A stretch of 62,691 nucleotides of DNA, from NCBI GenBank assembly GCA_022730015.1, contig DZBU01000003.1:1-62691 (forward strand), given 5' to 3'. A program made the translations under genes and the position numbers. Each line of letters begins with the position of its first letter. Positions within the stretch are counted from its first letter, which is position 1. Below the pieces are notes generated by a model. It worked only from the letters and a program-made list of their open reading frames with translations. It ran no database searches and was not told where the DNA came from. Below are positions 42,143 to 51,747 of this stretch, one piece after another. Source of the DNA: Candidatus Elulimicrobium sp. (GTDB lineage Bacteria; Patescibacteriota; Minisyncoccia; Phycocordibacterales; UBA918).

Positions 42143-43502
42143 TGAAAAGTACTGCAGCTCGGGAATATTTGTCGATGTACGCATTAACCTCAAACTTACG
42201 CTTAGCGCTAGCGTAGTTCATGTAGCGGATCCTGCCAAAAATCGGGCGCTGGTTCCAAGCGCGGTCGTGCACCCCACAGATCGACCACATCACTCCTGTA
42301 AAGCCATTTGGGTCATTTCCGTCGAGGCTATATTTATCGTTGAGGTAAAGCGCTGTGTCGATAGCCGTCTGCACGTCTGGTGTCCATTCCAGGATCTTCT
42401 TAGCCCAGTACATGCGGCACCAGCCGTGCAGCTTCCCTTCTTTTACAAATTGCATTTGCATCGCATTCCAAAGTTCGTCGTGAGTCTTGCCAGATTCGAA
42501 AATTTCCTTGTCGTACACATACTCACGAACATCCCCTGCATGCTCGGCGATAGTCTTTTGTGCCCAGGCGTGCGCGCCTACCACCTGATCGTACGCCTGG
42601 TTGTAGTAGCAAAAATTATCAGCAAGCTCACGGCGCACAAGAAGCTCCTCAAGAAACGCTTCGCGACTTTCTTTATTAGTATCGTATGCCTGACTCACCT
42701 GCCGAGCAAGCCACTGTGCCGATAGCTGTCCAAAATGCAAATAAGGAGAAAGGTTCGATTGACCCTCTTGGGTTGGGTCATTGTGGTCAATACCGTATGC
42801 ACTGAGCTTATTGAGAATGAAATGTCGCACACGATCTTTGGCGGCGAGCGAGCCGGGAGCCAGCCAATCGACTGGTCCAACGGTTCGATTCGCCAGGACT
42901 GTTTTCAGCAACTCTTCAAAATCCGGCTCGCTCGCCGCCTCTGCCACATAGGGATGTGGCACCACTTCTGGAAAATCAGTAAGATACTCACGCAACTTCC
43001 TGTGTACTTTTGGTCGAAAGGTGTACGCTGCAATTTCTTCCTTATCGCTCGCTACCCAACACGGAATGATGTTATGCGCATCCACTTCCGTCATTCGGAC
43101 TGACACACTATCAGAAACAGCATCTTTCCACTCACGAACGAATCGTAACGGATTGAAGTCTGTTACCAACTCTCCTGCTCCTACTCGCTTTACAAATTTT
43201 GGCACGGTCTCAGTAGGATCACCTTGTAGTATGTGAAATGAAATATTGAGTTCAGCAAGTCGTTGCGCGGCCTCTTCGAGGCCGCGCAACATAAACTCAT
43301 ACTGCCGCCACGAAGCCCATGCAAAATTCGACACCAAGCTGAACACAGCATACAATGGTACTTCCTGCTCAAGCGCTTGCTCCTGCGCGTACAAAAGCGC
43401 CCAGTTGTCTTCTACTCGTTGATCTCGCTGCATCCAGTACACGATTGGTCCTATCCCTGCATCATTCTTATTTAGTACGCGTACTCGTGTTTCGTCGACC
43501 AT
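42135..43502 (-). CDS. Deoxyribodipyrimidine (CPD) photolyase, class II type
   Basis: 455 aa. PIVYWMQRDQRVEDNWAL is the class II N-terminal signature, and the FAD-binding C-terminal half includes GKLHGWCRMYWAKKILEW. Confidence 0.88.
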   Translation of the reverse strand: MVDETRVRVLNKNDAGIGPIVYWMQRDQRVEDNWALLYAQEQALEQEVPLYAVFSLVSNFAWASWRQYEFMLRGLEEAAQRLAELNISFHILQGDPTETVPKFVKRVGAGELVTDFNPLRFVREWKDAVSDSVSVRMTEVDAHNIIPCWVASDKEEIAAYTFRPKVHRKLREYLTDFPEVVPHPYVAEAASEPDFEELLKTVLANRTVGPVDWLAPGSLAAKDRVRHFILNKLSAYGIDHNDPTQEGQSNLSPYLHFGQLSAQWLARQVSQAYDTNKESREAFLEELLVRRELADNFCYYNQAYDQVVGAHAWAQKTIAEHAGDVREYVYDKEIFESGKTHDELWNAMQMQFVKEGKLHGWCRMYWAKKILEWTPDVQTAIDTALYLNDKYSLDGNDPNGFTGVMWSICGVHDRAWNQRPIFGRIRYMNYASAKRKFEVNAYIDKYSRAAVLFNE

Positions 43503-43505
43503 ACG

Positions 43506-43730
43506 TTACTCAACCACCTCATAATCTACTCGGGGCCTTTTTTGTTTCGGCATCAAGATCCATGCTGCGAGATAAAACAGCAATCCAGGAAAAAAGCCAG
43601 TCAAAACCAAAAACACAATCGCGATGATACGGAACAATACTGGATCTTGATCGAAATACTCTGCCAAACCCGCCATAACTCCAGAGATCACAGCCTTTTC
43701 TTCATCTCGTTTCAATCGTTTCTTTTGCAT
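43506..43730 (-). CDS. PspC-domain small membrane protein
   Basis: 74 aa: ISGVMAGLAEYFDQDPVLFRIIAIVFLVLTG. Confidence 0.7.
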   Translation of the reverse strand: MQKKRLKRDEEKAVISGVMAGLAEYFDQDPVLFRIIAIVFLVLTGFFPGLLFYLAAWILMPKQKRPRVDYEVVE

Positions 43731-43750
43731 ACCGTAAGAGTATACCAGAA

Positions 43751-44446
43751 TTAGCTGGTACCTAATTTATAAATGACATCCTTCCGCTCAACTACAATCG
43801 GCCAACCCGCTCGCTTTGCGTACGTGTACAAACGTTCATTTGGATTAAAACAGATTGGCTGTACGACTGATTCAAGCAGCGGAATATCACCTTCCGTATC
43901 ACCGACCGCTAGCGAGCGTTCCCGAGAAAGGGTCGCATTTCGATCAAATACTCGATTGACTATGTTTGCCTTATTTTTGATCAAGTGTTCATCTGTGATC
44001 ACCCCAGTAAAACAGTCTTGCGGGCCAATCTCATAAAAACGACCATACACCTTATCAAACCCATACTGAAGACAAAATTCATCAAGGATCGTCTTGGGTG
44101 ATTGTGAGATGGCTACCAGGTAATAATTCTGCTGCTTAAGCTCTGCAATTAGAGCTCGAGTATATCGGTACACATGTTTACTCTGTTCGTTCACCACATG
44201 CTTCCCTATCTCTGCAAACGTGCCATAGTGGACACCTTTTATATGTTGCAGGAAAGCTCTGATGACTGCCTCGATGTAATCTTGATAATCGCCCTCACGA
44301 GCACGCCAAGCCTGTAGCTCTGTTTCGTACAGCAATGCTGCTTCAGGTGGAAAGACATCCTCTTTGATTAATTGTTCCACCAGCTCTACAAGCAAGCTGG
44401 AACGAAAAACAGTTCCATCGATGTCAAAGAAAGCTACTGGTTTCAT
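43751..44446 (-). CDS. HAD-superfamily hydrolase (subfamily IB / SerB-like)
   Basis: 231 aa. Motifs: FFDIDGTV (motif I), VAISQSP (motif II) and AVGDTEGDIPLL (motif IV). Confidence 0.75.
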   Translation of the reverse strand: MKPVAFFDIDGTVFRSSLLVELVEQLIKEDVFPPEAALLYETELQAWRAREGDYQDYIEAVIRAFLQHIKGVHYGTFAEIGKHVVNEQSKHVYRYTRALIAELKQQNYYLVAISQSPKTILDEFCLQYGFDKVYGRFYEIGPQDCFTGVITDEHLIKNKANIVNRVFDRNATLSRERSLAVGDTEGDIPLLESVVQPICFNPNERLYTYAKRAGWPIVVERKDVIYKLGTS

Positions 44447-44494
44447 ATTAGCAATGCCTGTACGTGGTCAAATAGAGACCCTACGCATATTTTA

Positions 44495-45625
44495 TTAACT
44501 TCTAGCAGATTTTATAACCAAATCAACAATCGATCCAAAAGTGATAATCAGCAGAAGAAGAAGTGCCACCTGCCCAATGATCGGCATGAGCATAAAGAAA
44601 GCAATTCCGACAACGCCGACTACCACTGACAACAGTGACAGCTGCTGATTAGGACGATTGAAAACATTTAGTAAAAATTGTCCCAATACAGCACTCATGG
44701 CTATAGCACCGAGTATTAAGAGTAGCAAGTAACCAAGGATCAGAGCAAAACTTACCAAAGTACCGATCATACTGACAAACAAGAGTGTGAAGGCGATTGG
44801 CAAGAAAAAGATGACTGCAACACCGAGAAGGAAAGGACGGAAACTTTTAGTCACCGCTCGATTCACTACGAGCGCAAGTGATCGACGAGATACCAGATAC
44901 CACACCAACACCGAGAAGAGTAATATCAAAAGTGGTACCAAGGCGGCTTTGATGGTTGGCTTACTTCCTGGAAGAACAGGATCACTTCGAACCATTTCTC
45001 CAGCCACAGTAGCACTGAGAGACTGGGTCAGTAATTGTTCGCTCACATATCGTACCGAGCCTGTCACGTTTGCCCGATCACCAAGTACAAGCTGATCCAC
45101 TGTCACATCAACATCTCCTGCTATCGGCGCATCGATTCGAAGCGTGCCAACGGTCCCAAGGACATCACCACCGACCGAACCTTCAATTGTTGCCTCACCC
45201 ACAAAGAGCAAGACATCACCAGTGACTGAAGCTGTTGAAAGGATATGTACCGAACCACCGATCACGAGAACATCGCCCATGATCGGCTCAGCGATAGTTG
45301 CGTCTCCTGAAATTATTCGAAGATCGTCACCCACTGAACCATGGATATCAGTCTTTAATGCGACAAGGAAAGCATTGTCTTCTACAGAGCCATTGACGAC
45401 GATCTGACCAGCGGCTGCTACAAGATCTTCACTGACTGACCCTGAAATGTTGATCTTTCCGGCAATTGCATAAAGATCACCCTCGACAAACTGTTCTTCA
45501 GTCAATGAAACAGCTTCGCCAGTACGAACGACCGTACTCGCCTGAGCTACTGAGGTGAGTGCTATCGTAAGTACTATCGTAACAAAAAAAAGAAACGAGT
45601 GTCGTTGTAGTCCTGTCATAGGCAT
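44495..45625 (-). CDS. Bactofilin-like (polymer-forming beta-helix repeat) ectodomain fused to a polytopic membrane domain
   Basis: 376 aa with a signal peptide. It has about 9 repeats of the G-S/D-V-x-x-D-L/V type (ISGSVSEDLV, VNGSVEDNAF, IHGSVGDDLR, IGGSVHIL, VTGDVLLF, IEGSVGGDVL, IAGDVDVTV, VTGSVRYV), followed by 5-6 TM segments. Confidence 0.65.
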   Translation of the reverse strand: MPMTGLQRHSFLFFVTIVLTIALTSVAQASTVVRTGEAVSLTEEQFVEGDLYAIAGKINISGSVSEDLVAAAGQIVVNGSVEDNAFLVALKTDIHGSVGDDLRIISGDATIAEPIMGDVLVIGGSVHILSTASVTGDVLLFVGEATIEGSVGGDVLGTVGTLRIDAPIAGDVDVTVDQLVLGDRANVTGSVRYVSEQLLTQSLSATVAGEMVRSDPVLPGSKPTIKAALVPLLILLFSVLVWYLVSRRSLALVVNRAVTKSFRPFLLGVAVIFFLPIAFTLLFVSMIGTLVSFALILGYLLLLILGAIAMSAVLGQFLLNVFNRPNQQLSLLSVVVGVVGIAFFMLMPIIGQVALLLLLIITFGSIVDLVIKSARS

Positions 45626-45679
45626 ATAAATGGCTTTATCCGCTAAGTATACGGGTTTTTATCAACGTGTAAACGAAAC

Positions 45680-46072
45680 TTACAAGCAAGAGAGAAGTTT
45701 CGTGGTTTCATACAGGGTTGGCGCTGCACCGGCAATTATTTCGGCCATTCTAGCTTCACCCAGTTTTTCTCCAGCACATACTTGCATCTCGGGAGTAATA
45801 ACAAATGTTTCCACATCCACACCCACGGTATCGAGCACCGCTTGCTGACTCTCTCCGATTGGCAGATTACGAAGCGGGATACCCTCCGGAGGTGGTGTTG
45901 ACAATACTTCTTTGCCCTCCACAGAATCATTCACTACTTCTGATTCAGTTTGTGTTGCTGAGACTGGTATCTGACTCTGTTTTAAATTAAACGAAAGATA
46001 AAAGAACACACCGACCGCCAGCAAAATTGCGATCAGAAGTAAAACGATGCTAACTATAAAAAATTTTTTCAT
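45680..46072 (-). CDS. Membrane-anchored protein; function unknown
   Basis: Start at the internal Met (MKKFFIVSIVLLLIAILLAVGVFFYL). The N-terminal 42 codons of the track ORF lack coding character. Confidence 0.45.
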   Translation of the reverse strand: MKKFFIVSIVLLLIAILLAVGVFFYLSFNLKQSQIPVSATQTESEVVNDSVEGKEVLSTPPPEGIPLRNLPIGESQQAVLDTVGVDVETFVITPEMQVCAGEKLGEARMAEIIAGAAPTLYETTKLLSCL

Positions 46073-46244
46073 GGTGCTATATAAGTAATAGGCGTCTGCA
46101 GGACACTGATGATCGTGAGCGCCAGCATGAGTAAAAAAAGACCACCGCAAAACAGGGCGACACGAGGCCGAGACAACTCCATTTGTCCAGTATGCCAATT
46201 ACGAACATACAGAAAGGAAAAGACGAAGCGAACAAAACTCATAT

Positions 46245-46553
46245 TCAACCCAATTTCTTATATAGTGTACCAGTTAGAACCAATATACCAACACCGATTA
46301 CAAAAATAACTTCTGGATTTCCAGCCAGTATTTGATACTTCATCAGTGAGTGCTCGATCCCCGTTACCGTAGCAGTGAAGCCGAAGGTAATGAGGAGCAG
46401 AAACAATGTCGGGAAACGCGCCGCCACACTTTTGCGAATTGGTGCCACGGAATGCTCAATATGGGCTTCGGTTACGCGAGCAATCTGTTCCACACTTTCA
46501 AGAGCTTCCCCCGCCAGCTTCGTCACACCTACTTCACTGCTTGTTTTAGACAT
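46245..46553 (-). CDS. Small two-TM membrane protein; function unknown
   Basis: 102-aa ORF located 7 nt downstream of htrA. Confidence 0.45.
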   Translation of the reverse strand: MSKTSSEVGVTKLAGEALESVEQIARVTEAHIEHSVAPIRKSVAARFPTLFLLLITFGFTATVTGIEHSLMKYQILAGNPEVIFVIGVGILVLTGTLYKKLG

Positions 46554-46560
46554 ACAATAT

Positions 46561-47763
46561 TTAATTCGAAGCTTTTTCTAACTTTACTCGAATCTCCTTC
46601 TCTTCCCCAGCTTGTAACACTTTTAGGATAATTTCCTGTCCAACGGTTTTGCTACGAAGAACGGTTGCAAGGTCTTTTTCACGCAACTCTTCACCATCAA
46701 TCGAAAGAATTATGTCGTTTTCAGTGATGCCAACTTTATCAGCTGGAGAACCTGGCATGACAGCAAGTTCTTCCTTCGTTTCGCCACTGATGACCAGGGC
46801 CCCATAATCAATCGTTAGCTCATTTAGTTCGACAATGCGTTTGGTTACCATAGCATACCGAACACCTAAAAACGGTCGAACGATCTCACCATATTCTTTG
46901 ACCGATTCAACCACTCCCTTCACAACATGCGCTGGCAGCGCAAAACCAATGTTGTCAGCACCACGAGAAGTTGCCACATTAACTCCGATCACTTCACCAG
47001 CAAGATTTAAAAGCGGTCCTCCAGAATTACCTGGATTGATCGCCGCATCAGTTTGAATCACCTGATCAAGCTGTTCGCTGTGTCCCATTCCATCACTAGC
47101 CACAATCGAACGAGACAAACCAGATATCACGCCAACTGATACTGAATTACGAAACTCTGCAAGCGCATTACCAATCGCGACAACTGTCTCGCCTAGCTTC
47201 AATGACTCTGAGTCTCCAAAAGTGACAAATGTCAACGCACTTTCAAGCGGCTCATCAATCTTTAAGATCGCTATATCAAGTTGTGCGTCACGAGCTAGCA
47301 CGGCTACTTTATATGAAGTACCATCATTAAGTAACACTGAGTAACGAGCATTTTCATCTTCTACGACATGACGGTTTGTCACAATGAGTCCATCGTTACT
47401 TACAATAAAGCCAGAGCCCCCTCCTACTTCTCGCTCTTCGGTACCATTCTCTCGCACCCGCGGAATACTAAATCCACCAAAAATTCCCCACGGATCATAT
47501 GATTCGTAGTACTGTTCGTAGACTGGGACGTCTTTTGTGATTACTACCGATACGACAGCTGGATTAACCTTTTCAATTGTCGCGACGACTTGTTCATTGG
47601 CAGTCTGTTGCATGGTCTGTTCTTGCGTCGGGACCGCGCGTTGACTGTCAACATATCCGACTAAAAAATCCCGACCAATATACGCCAATCCAAGCACGAT
47701 AATGACGCTCGTTAGACTCGTCACAATAATGATCTTTGCAATATTCATATTTCCTGGTTCCAT
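46561..47763 (-). CDS. htrA: HtrA/DegP-family serine protease with one PDZ domain
   Basis: Catalytic triad regions TNRHVV, DIAILKI and GNSGGPLLN, plus a C-terminal PDZ (GSPADKVGITENDIILSIDGEEL). I placed the start at the internal Met (MEPGNMNIAK...) so it does not overlap the upstream CDS. Confidence 0.88.
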   Translation of the reverse strand: MEPGNMNIAKIIIVTSLTSVIIVLGLAYIGRDFLVGYVDSQRAVPTQEQTMQQTANEQVVATIEKVNPAVVSVVITKDVPVYEQYYESYDPWGIFGGFSIPRVRENGTEEREVGGGSGFIVSNDGLIVTNRHVVEDENARYSVLLNDGTSYKVAVLARDAQLDIAILKIDEPLESALTFVTFGDSESLKLGETVVAIGNALAEFRNSVSVGVISGLSRSIVASDGMGHSEQLDQVIQTDAAINPGNSGGPLLNLAGEVIGVNVATSRGADNIGFALPAHVVKGVVESVKEYGEIVRPFLGVRYAMVTKRIVELNELTIDYGALVISGETKEELAVMPGSPADKVGITENDIILSIDGEELREKDLATVLRSKTVGQEIILKVLQAGEEKEIRVKLEKASN

Positions 47764-47783
47764 ACGCTCTTGATACGAATTAC

Positions 47784-48788
47784 TTATTCTTCCTCTTTCA
47801 CAAAGAGTCGTTTCCCTCGTTCCCACATTTCTGGATGGCCTTGGAGTGAAAGCCAATACCACCATTCAGCGCCCCAGAGATACTGGGTATCAAAGTGAGT
47901 AGCCTCAGCGTACGACAAAATGTCTTCGAATTTTTGTAAATTCATTCTCGTAAACTGTACCTCGATCGGAACATCGGTGATCGGCTCAAGAAGCCACGGC
48001 TCTCCTGACAGTTCAATGAGTACCGTTGGTTTTTCACCGTAAAAAGTCTTCATGAGATTGTCTTTTACTCGGTACGCCCACGCTGGCAACACCGTTCGGA
48101 ACTGACCTAGTTCGGGATTCCAAAAGTGCACGTAGACACTCGTCCCAAAGACATCCCCTCGTCGATAAGCACCTACCCAAGTACCAAGGTTGCCACTATC
48201 TGTAACAAGAATCTGCCGAGTAGTATCAAGTGTTCGAACGAGTGCTATCTCTTTTTCAAGGAATGTTACATCGAGCTCCCCACACTGTTCGGTCGCAAAT
48301 ACGTTCAAAAATGGCTCATTTTCAACCTGCCACATCACCACCGCTGGACTGTTTTGATAACGGCGTATCACCTGCTCCATATAGCGCAGTTGGACCGACT
48401 GTTGCTCAGCGAGAGAGATCTCGCGTACCCATGTTGGAATATGACATTCTGGCCAACGTGGCAACCTTCGACCAACGGCTAAAACAACGGTCGCTCCTAC
48501 TTCTTCAGCTCGTTTGATCTGATAGTCTAACTCAGCAAAATTGTAAACATTTGGTACCGGCTCGACCATCGGCCAATGCGCCGCCAAGCGAAAATGACGG
48601 ACCTGCAAATCATCAATCAATGCATCGTATGTCTCTCGCCAATCAAGACCGAGCTCACGAGCATATGGTGTATTAAAAGACATACCATAAGTGATCTGTT
48701 CCGGAACAGGCTTTTGCACGAGCAGCCATAACGCAAAAAGACCAACCACGACGAGACCAATAGACCAATAGAGAATCCTTTTCCACAT
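47784..48788 (-). CDS. Membrane-anchored glycoside hydrolase, clan GH-A (TIM-barrel, GH5/GH42-like)
   Basis: 334 aa with an N-terminal TM. MWQVENEPF is a clan GH-A acid/base NEP motif; also LSGEPW. Confidence 0.6.
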   Translation of the reverse strand: MWKRILYWSIGLVVVGLFALWLLVQKPVPEQITYGMSFNTPYARELGLDWRETYDALIDDLQVRHFRLAAHWPMVEPVPNVYNFAELDYQIKRAEEVGATVVLAVGRRLPRWPECHIPTWVREISLAEQQSVQLRYMEQVIRRYQNSPAVVMWQVENEPFLNVFATEQCGELDVTFLEKEIALVRTLDTTRQILVTDSGNLGTWVGAYRRGDVFGTSVYVHFWNPELGQFRTVLPAWAYRVKDNLMKTFYGEKPTVLIELSGEPWLLEPITDVPIEVQFTRMNLQKFEDILSYAEATHFDTQYLWGAEWWYWLSLQGHPEMWERGKRLFVKEEE

Positions 48789-48802
48789 ATCAAGCTATGG
48801 TA

Positions 48803-49735
48803 TCACGTGAAGAGTGCTACAAAACCGACCAGTATCACCACTACATACAGCATCCTCCGGAAAAAGATCTGGGGACGAACATCACGATCGGTTGCCGCCG
48901 CGGGCAACCACTGAGCAAACAAGATTCCAATCAGTAAGATAAACACATACTGCAAACCACCGAGTGCTTGTACGACCGACACCTCGCCCAGATCCGTTGC
49001 TTTAAGAAGCATGAAAGCGGCAATACCAGCAAGGACTTTATTGAGCAACACTATCTCACCCGCCTTCCGTGACACCCCTGTCGTTTGCTTTCGCACTCTA
49101 TCAAAATACGCAGGTACGAGGAGCAGTGAAAGTGTGAAGACGACAAAACCAATACGTGACCAAAAAAAACCATCGTCGAAACTTGTTTCCAAAAAGAGGC
49201 CTTTCATGGTGATGTAGTGCAATGCAAAAAAGAGACCACTATGAAACACCTGCACAAAGACATCAACGCGGGGTAAGGTCTGGGCTACTAACATCGTACC
49301 AACTGACAATAAAATAACGCCTAAAATGAAATTTTCATGTAATTCGGTACTGAGAAATATGTAACTTAAACCAAACGAAGCCAAGGCTGAAACTGAGCCG
49401 ATGATCGGCATCGCACTCGAGGCGTCTGTTCTACGCAACGCATCGTACATTGAAACCAAAGCAATAAAGAAGGTGTAAGCAGATAAAAACGCCATACCAA
49501 CCACTTGAATAGTTGGAGTTTCGACATTTTCAAAAGAAGGCAAACCAATTTCGGAAAGACCTGGTATCCATCCCAAGAAAAATATCACGATCCAGCCGCC
49601 AGTCACCAAGCAAGAATAAAACGCGTAGACAAAAGGTTTCGGTAAAAGCTTCTCGTCAGAGACAATGTACTTATCTAGTATCGCAACGATCGCGTTGAGA
49701 AACTGTCCCGCGGACGCCAAGAGTATCCATGCCAT
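48803..49735 (-). CDS. DMT/EamA-like 10-TM membrane transporter
   Basis: 310 aa with two repeats of about 5 TM segments each. Confidence 0.55.
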   Translation of the reverse strand: MAWILLASAGQFLNAIVAILDKYIVSDEKLLPKPFVYAFYSCLVTGGWIVIFFLGWIPGLSEIGLPSFENVETPTIQVVGMAFLSAYTFFIALVSMYDALRRTDASSAMPIIGSVSALASFGLSYIFLSTELHENFILGVILLSVGTMLVAQTLPRVDVFVQVFHSGLFFALHYITMKGLFLETSFDDGFFWSRIGFVVFTLSLLLVPAYFDRVRKQTTGVSRKAGEIVLLNKVLAGIAAFMLLKATDLGEVSVVQALGGLQYVFILLIGILFAQWLPAAATDRDVRPQIFFRRMLYVVVILVGFVALFT

Positions 49736-49741
49736 ATAGGC

Positions 49742-50971
49742 CTATTCTACTATGCCGTTCTGCGTAATGATCTCCTTATACACCTGTGCCGAAGGACGGA
49801 TGGTCCGCTCGAGCGTATCATAATTGACTTCCACCAACCCAAACCGCTTTTCAAATCCAAGTGCCCATTCGTAATTGTCGAGCAGTGACCAATAGAGATG
49901 GCCACGTACATCTGCACCAGCTTGGATTGCTCGCCAGACACCCGTCACTTGTTTCGTGATGTACTCGGCGCGGTCTGAATCGTCGTGGTCAGCCAAACCT
50001 CCTTCTGAAACAAAGAGTGGTTTTTTGTAATGAGCAAGCATCATAAGTGCATCGTAGATGTGTTCTGGAGCAAAGTTCCAATCCATATCGGTTTTTTTCC
50101 ACTGGCGCATGTCACCAAACTGCGTGTAGAAATAGTAGTTGAGACCGATTGAGTCGCAATGGTGATGTGTACGATTCATAAAGATGCTTGTCCAGAGATA
50201 GTTGGCCACAGCTGCCTTCAGTTTATTAAAAGGATTCGAGTTCGCAGCGAACACAATGACATGCTTCACTACGCTCACCTCAGTTTTTGGTGACACCTGT
50301 TTGATCGCATGGTAAGCAGCGTTGTGCGCGTTCGCCAGATTCTTCATTACCTGCAGATAGAGAAATAATGGCCGTAGACCTTGGGTCGCTTGTGCTTCGT
50401 AGATTCGACCAGAGTTTGTGATGGAGACCAAGTCAGTGACAGCAAAGCGCTTGAACGGTGGCCAGCTGCCCCGCAACCAACCATTGCTCCCGTAAACATT
50501 TGGTTCGTTCATGGTGGAGAAATGATCACAGAGATCGCAGAGTTCTTTGACCACAAAAGCGGCGTAGCGAGCAAAGACCTCTGGGGAATCTTGGCGCTCA
50601 AAGCCCCCTGACTCCGAGAACCAAAGTGGCAAGGTAAAATGCCAAAGGGTCACAAAGGGCTTGATATTGCGGGCTTTGAGCGCCAAGAGTGCCTCACGGT
50701 AGTGAGCAACAGCCTCCATATTGAACTGCCCTTCTTCTGGTTCAATACGAGCCCACTCCACCGAAAGGCGATGAGCAGTATGTCCTAATTCTTTCGCAAT
50801 ATCAAAATCAGCTTCAAAGCGGTGATAATGATCACAAGCAATGCCACACGGCGGCACGCGCTTCGCGCGTGCCGCCTCCGCCCAATCACAATTCTCGATC
50901 CCTCCCTCTACCTGGTAAGAAGCGGTAGCCGCACCCCAATAAAATCCTTCGGGAAATTTTTTCTCTAACAT
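49742..50971 (-). CDS. Glycoside hydrolase family 1 (beta-glucosidase/beta-galactosidase type)
   Basis: 409 aa. Motifs: FYWGAATASYQVEGG, TLWHFTLPLW, TMNEPNVY (acid/base), FVSEGGLAD (nucleophile region) and WSLLDNYEWALG. Confidence 0.88.
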   Translation of the reverse strand: MLEKKFPEGFYWGAATASYQVEGGIENCDWAEAARAKRVPPCGIACDHYHRFEADFDIAKELGHTAHRLSVEWARIEPEEGQFNMEAVAHYREALLALKARNIKPFVTLWHFTLPLWFSESGGFERQDSPEVFARYAAFVVKELCDLCDHFSTMNEPNVYGSNGWLRGSWPPFKRFAVTDLVSITNSGRIYEAQATQGLRPLFLYLQVMKNLANAHNAAYHAIKQVSPKTEVSVVKHVIVFAANSNPFNKLKAAVANYLWTSIFMNRTHHHCDSIGLNYYFYTQFGDMRQWKKTDMDWNFAPEHIYDALMMLAHYKKPLFVSEGGLADHDDSDRAEYITKQVTGVWRAIQAGADVRGHLYWSLLDNYEWALGFEKRFGLVEVNYDTLERTIRPSAQVYKEIITQNGIVE

Positions 50972-50990
50972 ACTGTTTCAATAGTATAAC

Positions 50991-51020
50991 AAAAAAAACG
51001 CACCCATGAGGATGCGTTTT
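50991..51020 (-). terminator. Intrinsic terminator
   Basis: aaaaaaaacgcaccc-atga-ggatgcgtttt, downstream of the CDS ending at 51025. Confidence 0.7.
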
Positions 51021-51024
51021 GAGT

Positions 51025-51642
51025 CTATTTTAATGCGACCCGAGTACTGTCTTCTGTATCGCTGTACCGCTTAAATACCATCACATGAAATACCGCTTGG
51101 TAGTGCTCCTCGGTTGCTTCGACCAAACTTTTTTGTTCGAGCTGTACCAATCGATCACGCAACCACTGGATCTGCCGCTCGTTCAAACGCTTTTTGCCGA
51201 TATCGATCGTCGCACCGGTAAGATGAGATGATCGCCGCTCTCCTTCTACAGCTGCGGCATTACGATTCTTCTTGGCAAGGTTTTTTTGATGAACCACAGT
51301 TCTTGTTGCTGAATTAACAGACAGATCAGACCCAAACACTTTATGAAATTCTGACCCGACATCTTTTAAAAACCGGGCCGTCCACGGTCGGACGACACGA
51401 AGTTTTTCCTTGAGTCGAGGATCAACTGCGACACCGGGAATACTTGGCAGCGAAACCAGTTGCTTCCGCTTTTTAAGATCCTTTAGTGCGGCATCATCCA
51501 CGATACGCTCCAGATTGTCATTGTCAGCTTCTTGATTTTGCCGTATTTGTGAAGCAAATGAACCAACGAGGATTGGGTCAGCCTGGATAGAAAGTGACAG
51601 GAGTTGCGTTAGTGCGATCATTACCAAAAAGAGTGATTTCAT
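51025..51642 (-). CDS. Secreted LAS/M15-like metallopeptidase-fold protein (DUF5715-like; tentative)
   Basis: 205 aa with a signal peptide. RSSHLTGATIDI fits the S-x-H-x-x-G-x-A-x-D motif of VanY/M15-type enzymes, and there is a distal FHVMV His. Confidence 0.5.
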   Translation of the reverse strand: MKSLFLVMIALTQLLSLSIQADPILVGSFASQIRQNQEADNDNLERIVDDAALKDLKKRKQLVSLPSIPGVAVDPRLKEKLRVVRPWTARFLKDVGSEFHKVFGSDLSVNSATRTVVHQKNLAKKNRNAAAVEGERRSSHLTGATIDIGKKRLNERQIQWLRDRLVQLEQKSLVEATEEHYQAVFHVMVFKRYSDTEDSTRVALK

Positions 51643-51747
51643 GGTACACCTCCATTGGAAGAGTGTTAAAGAGCAAGACTACACTTCACCTATTATCAAG
51701 AACACCACCCCCAACGTCAACAAGGTTATGCACCCATGAATGCTAAA

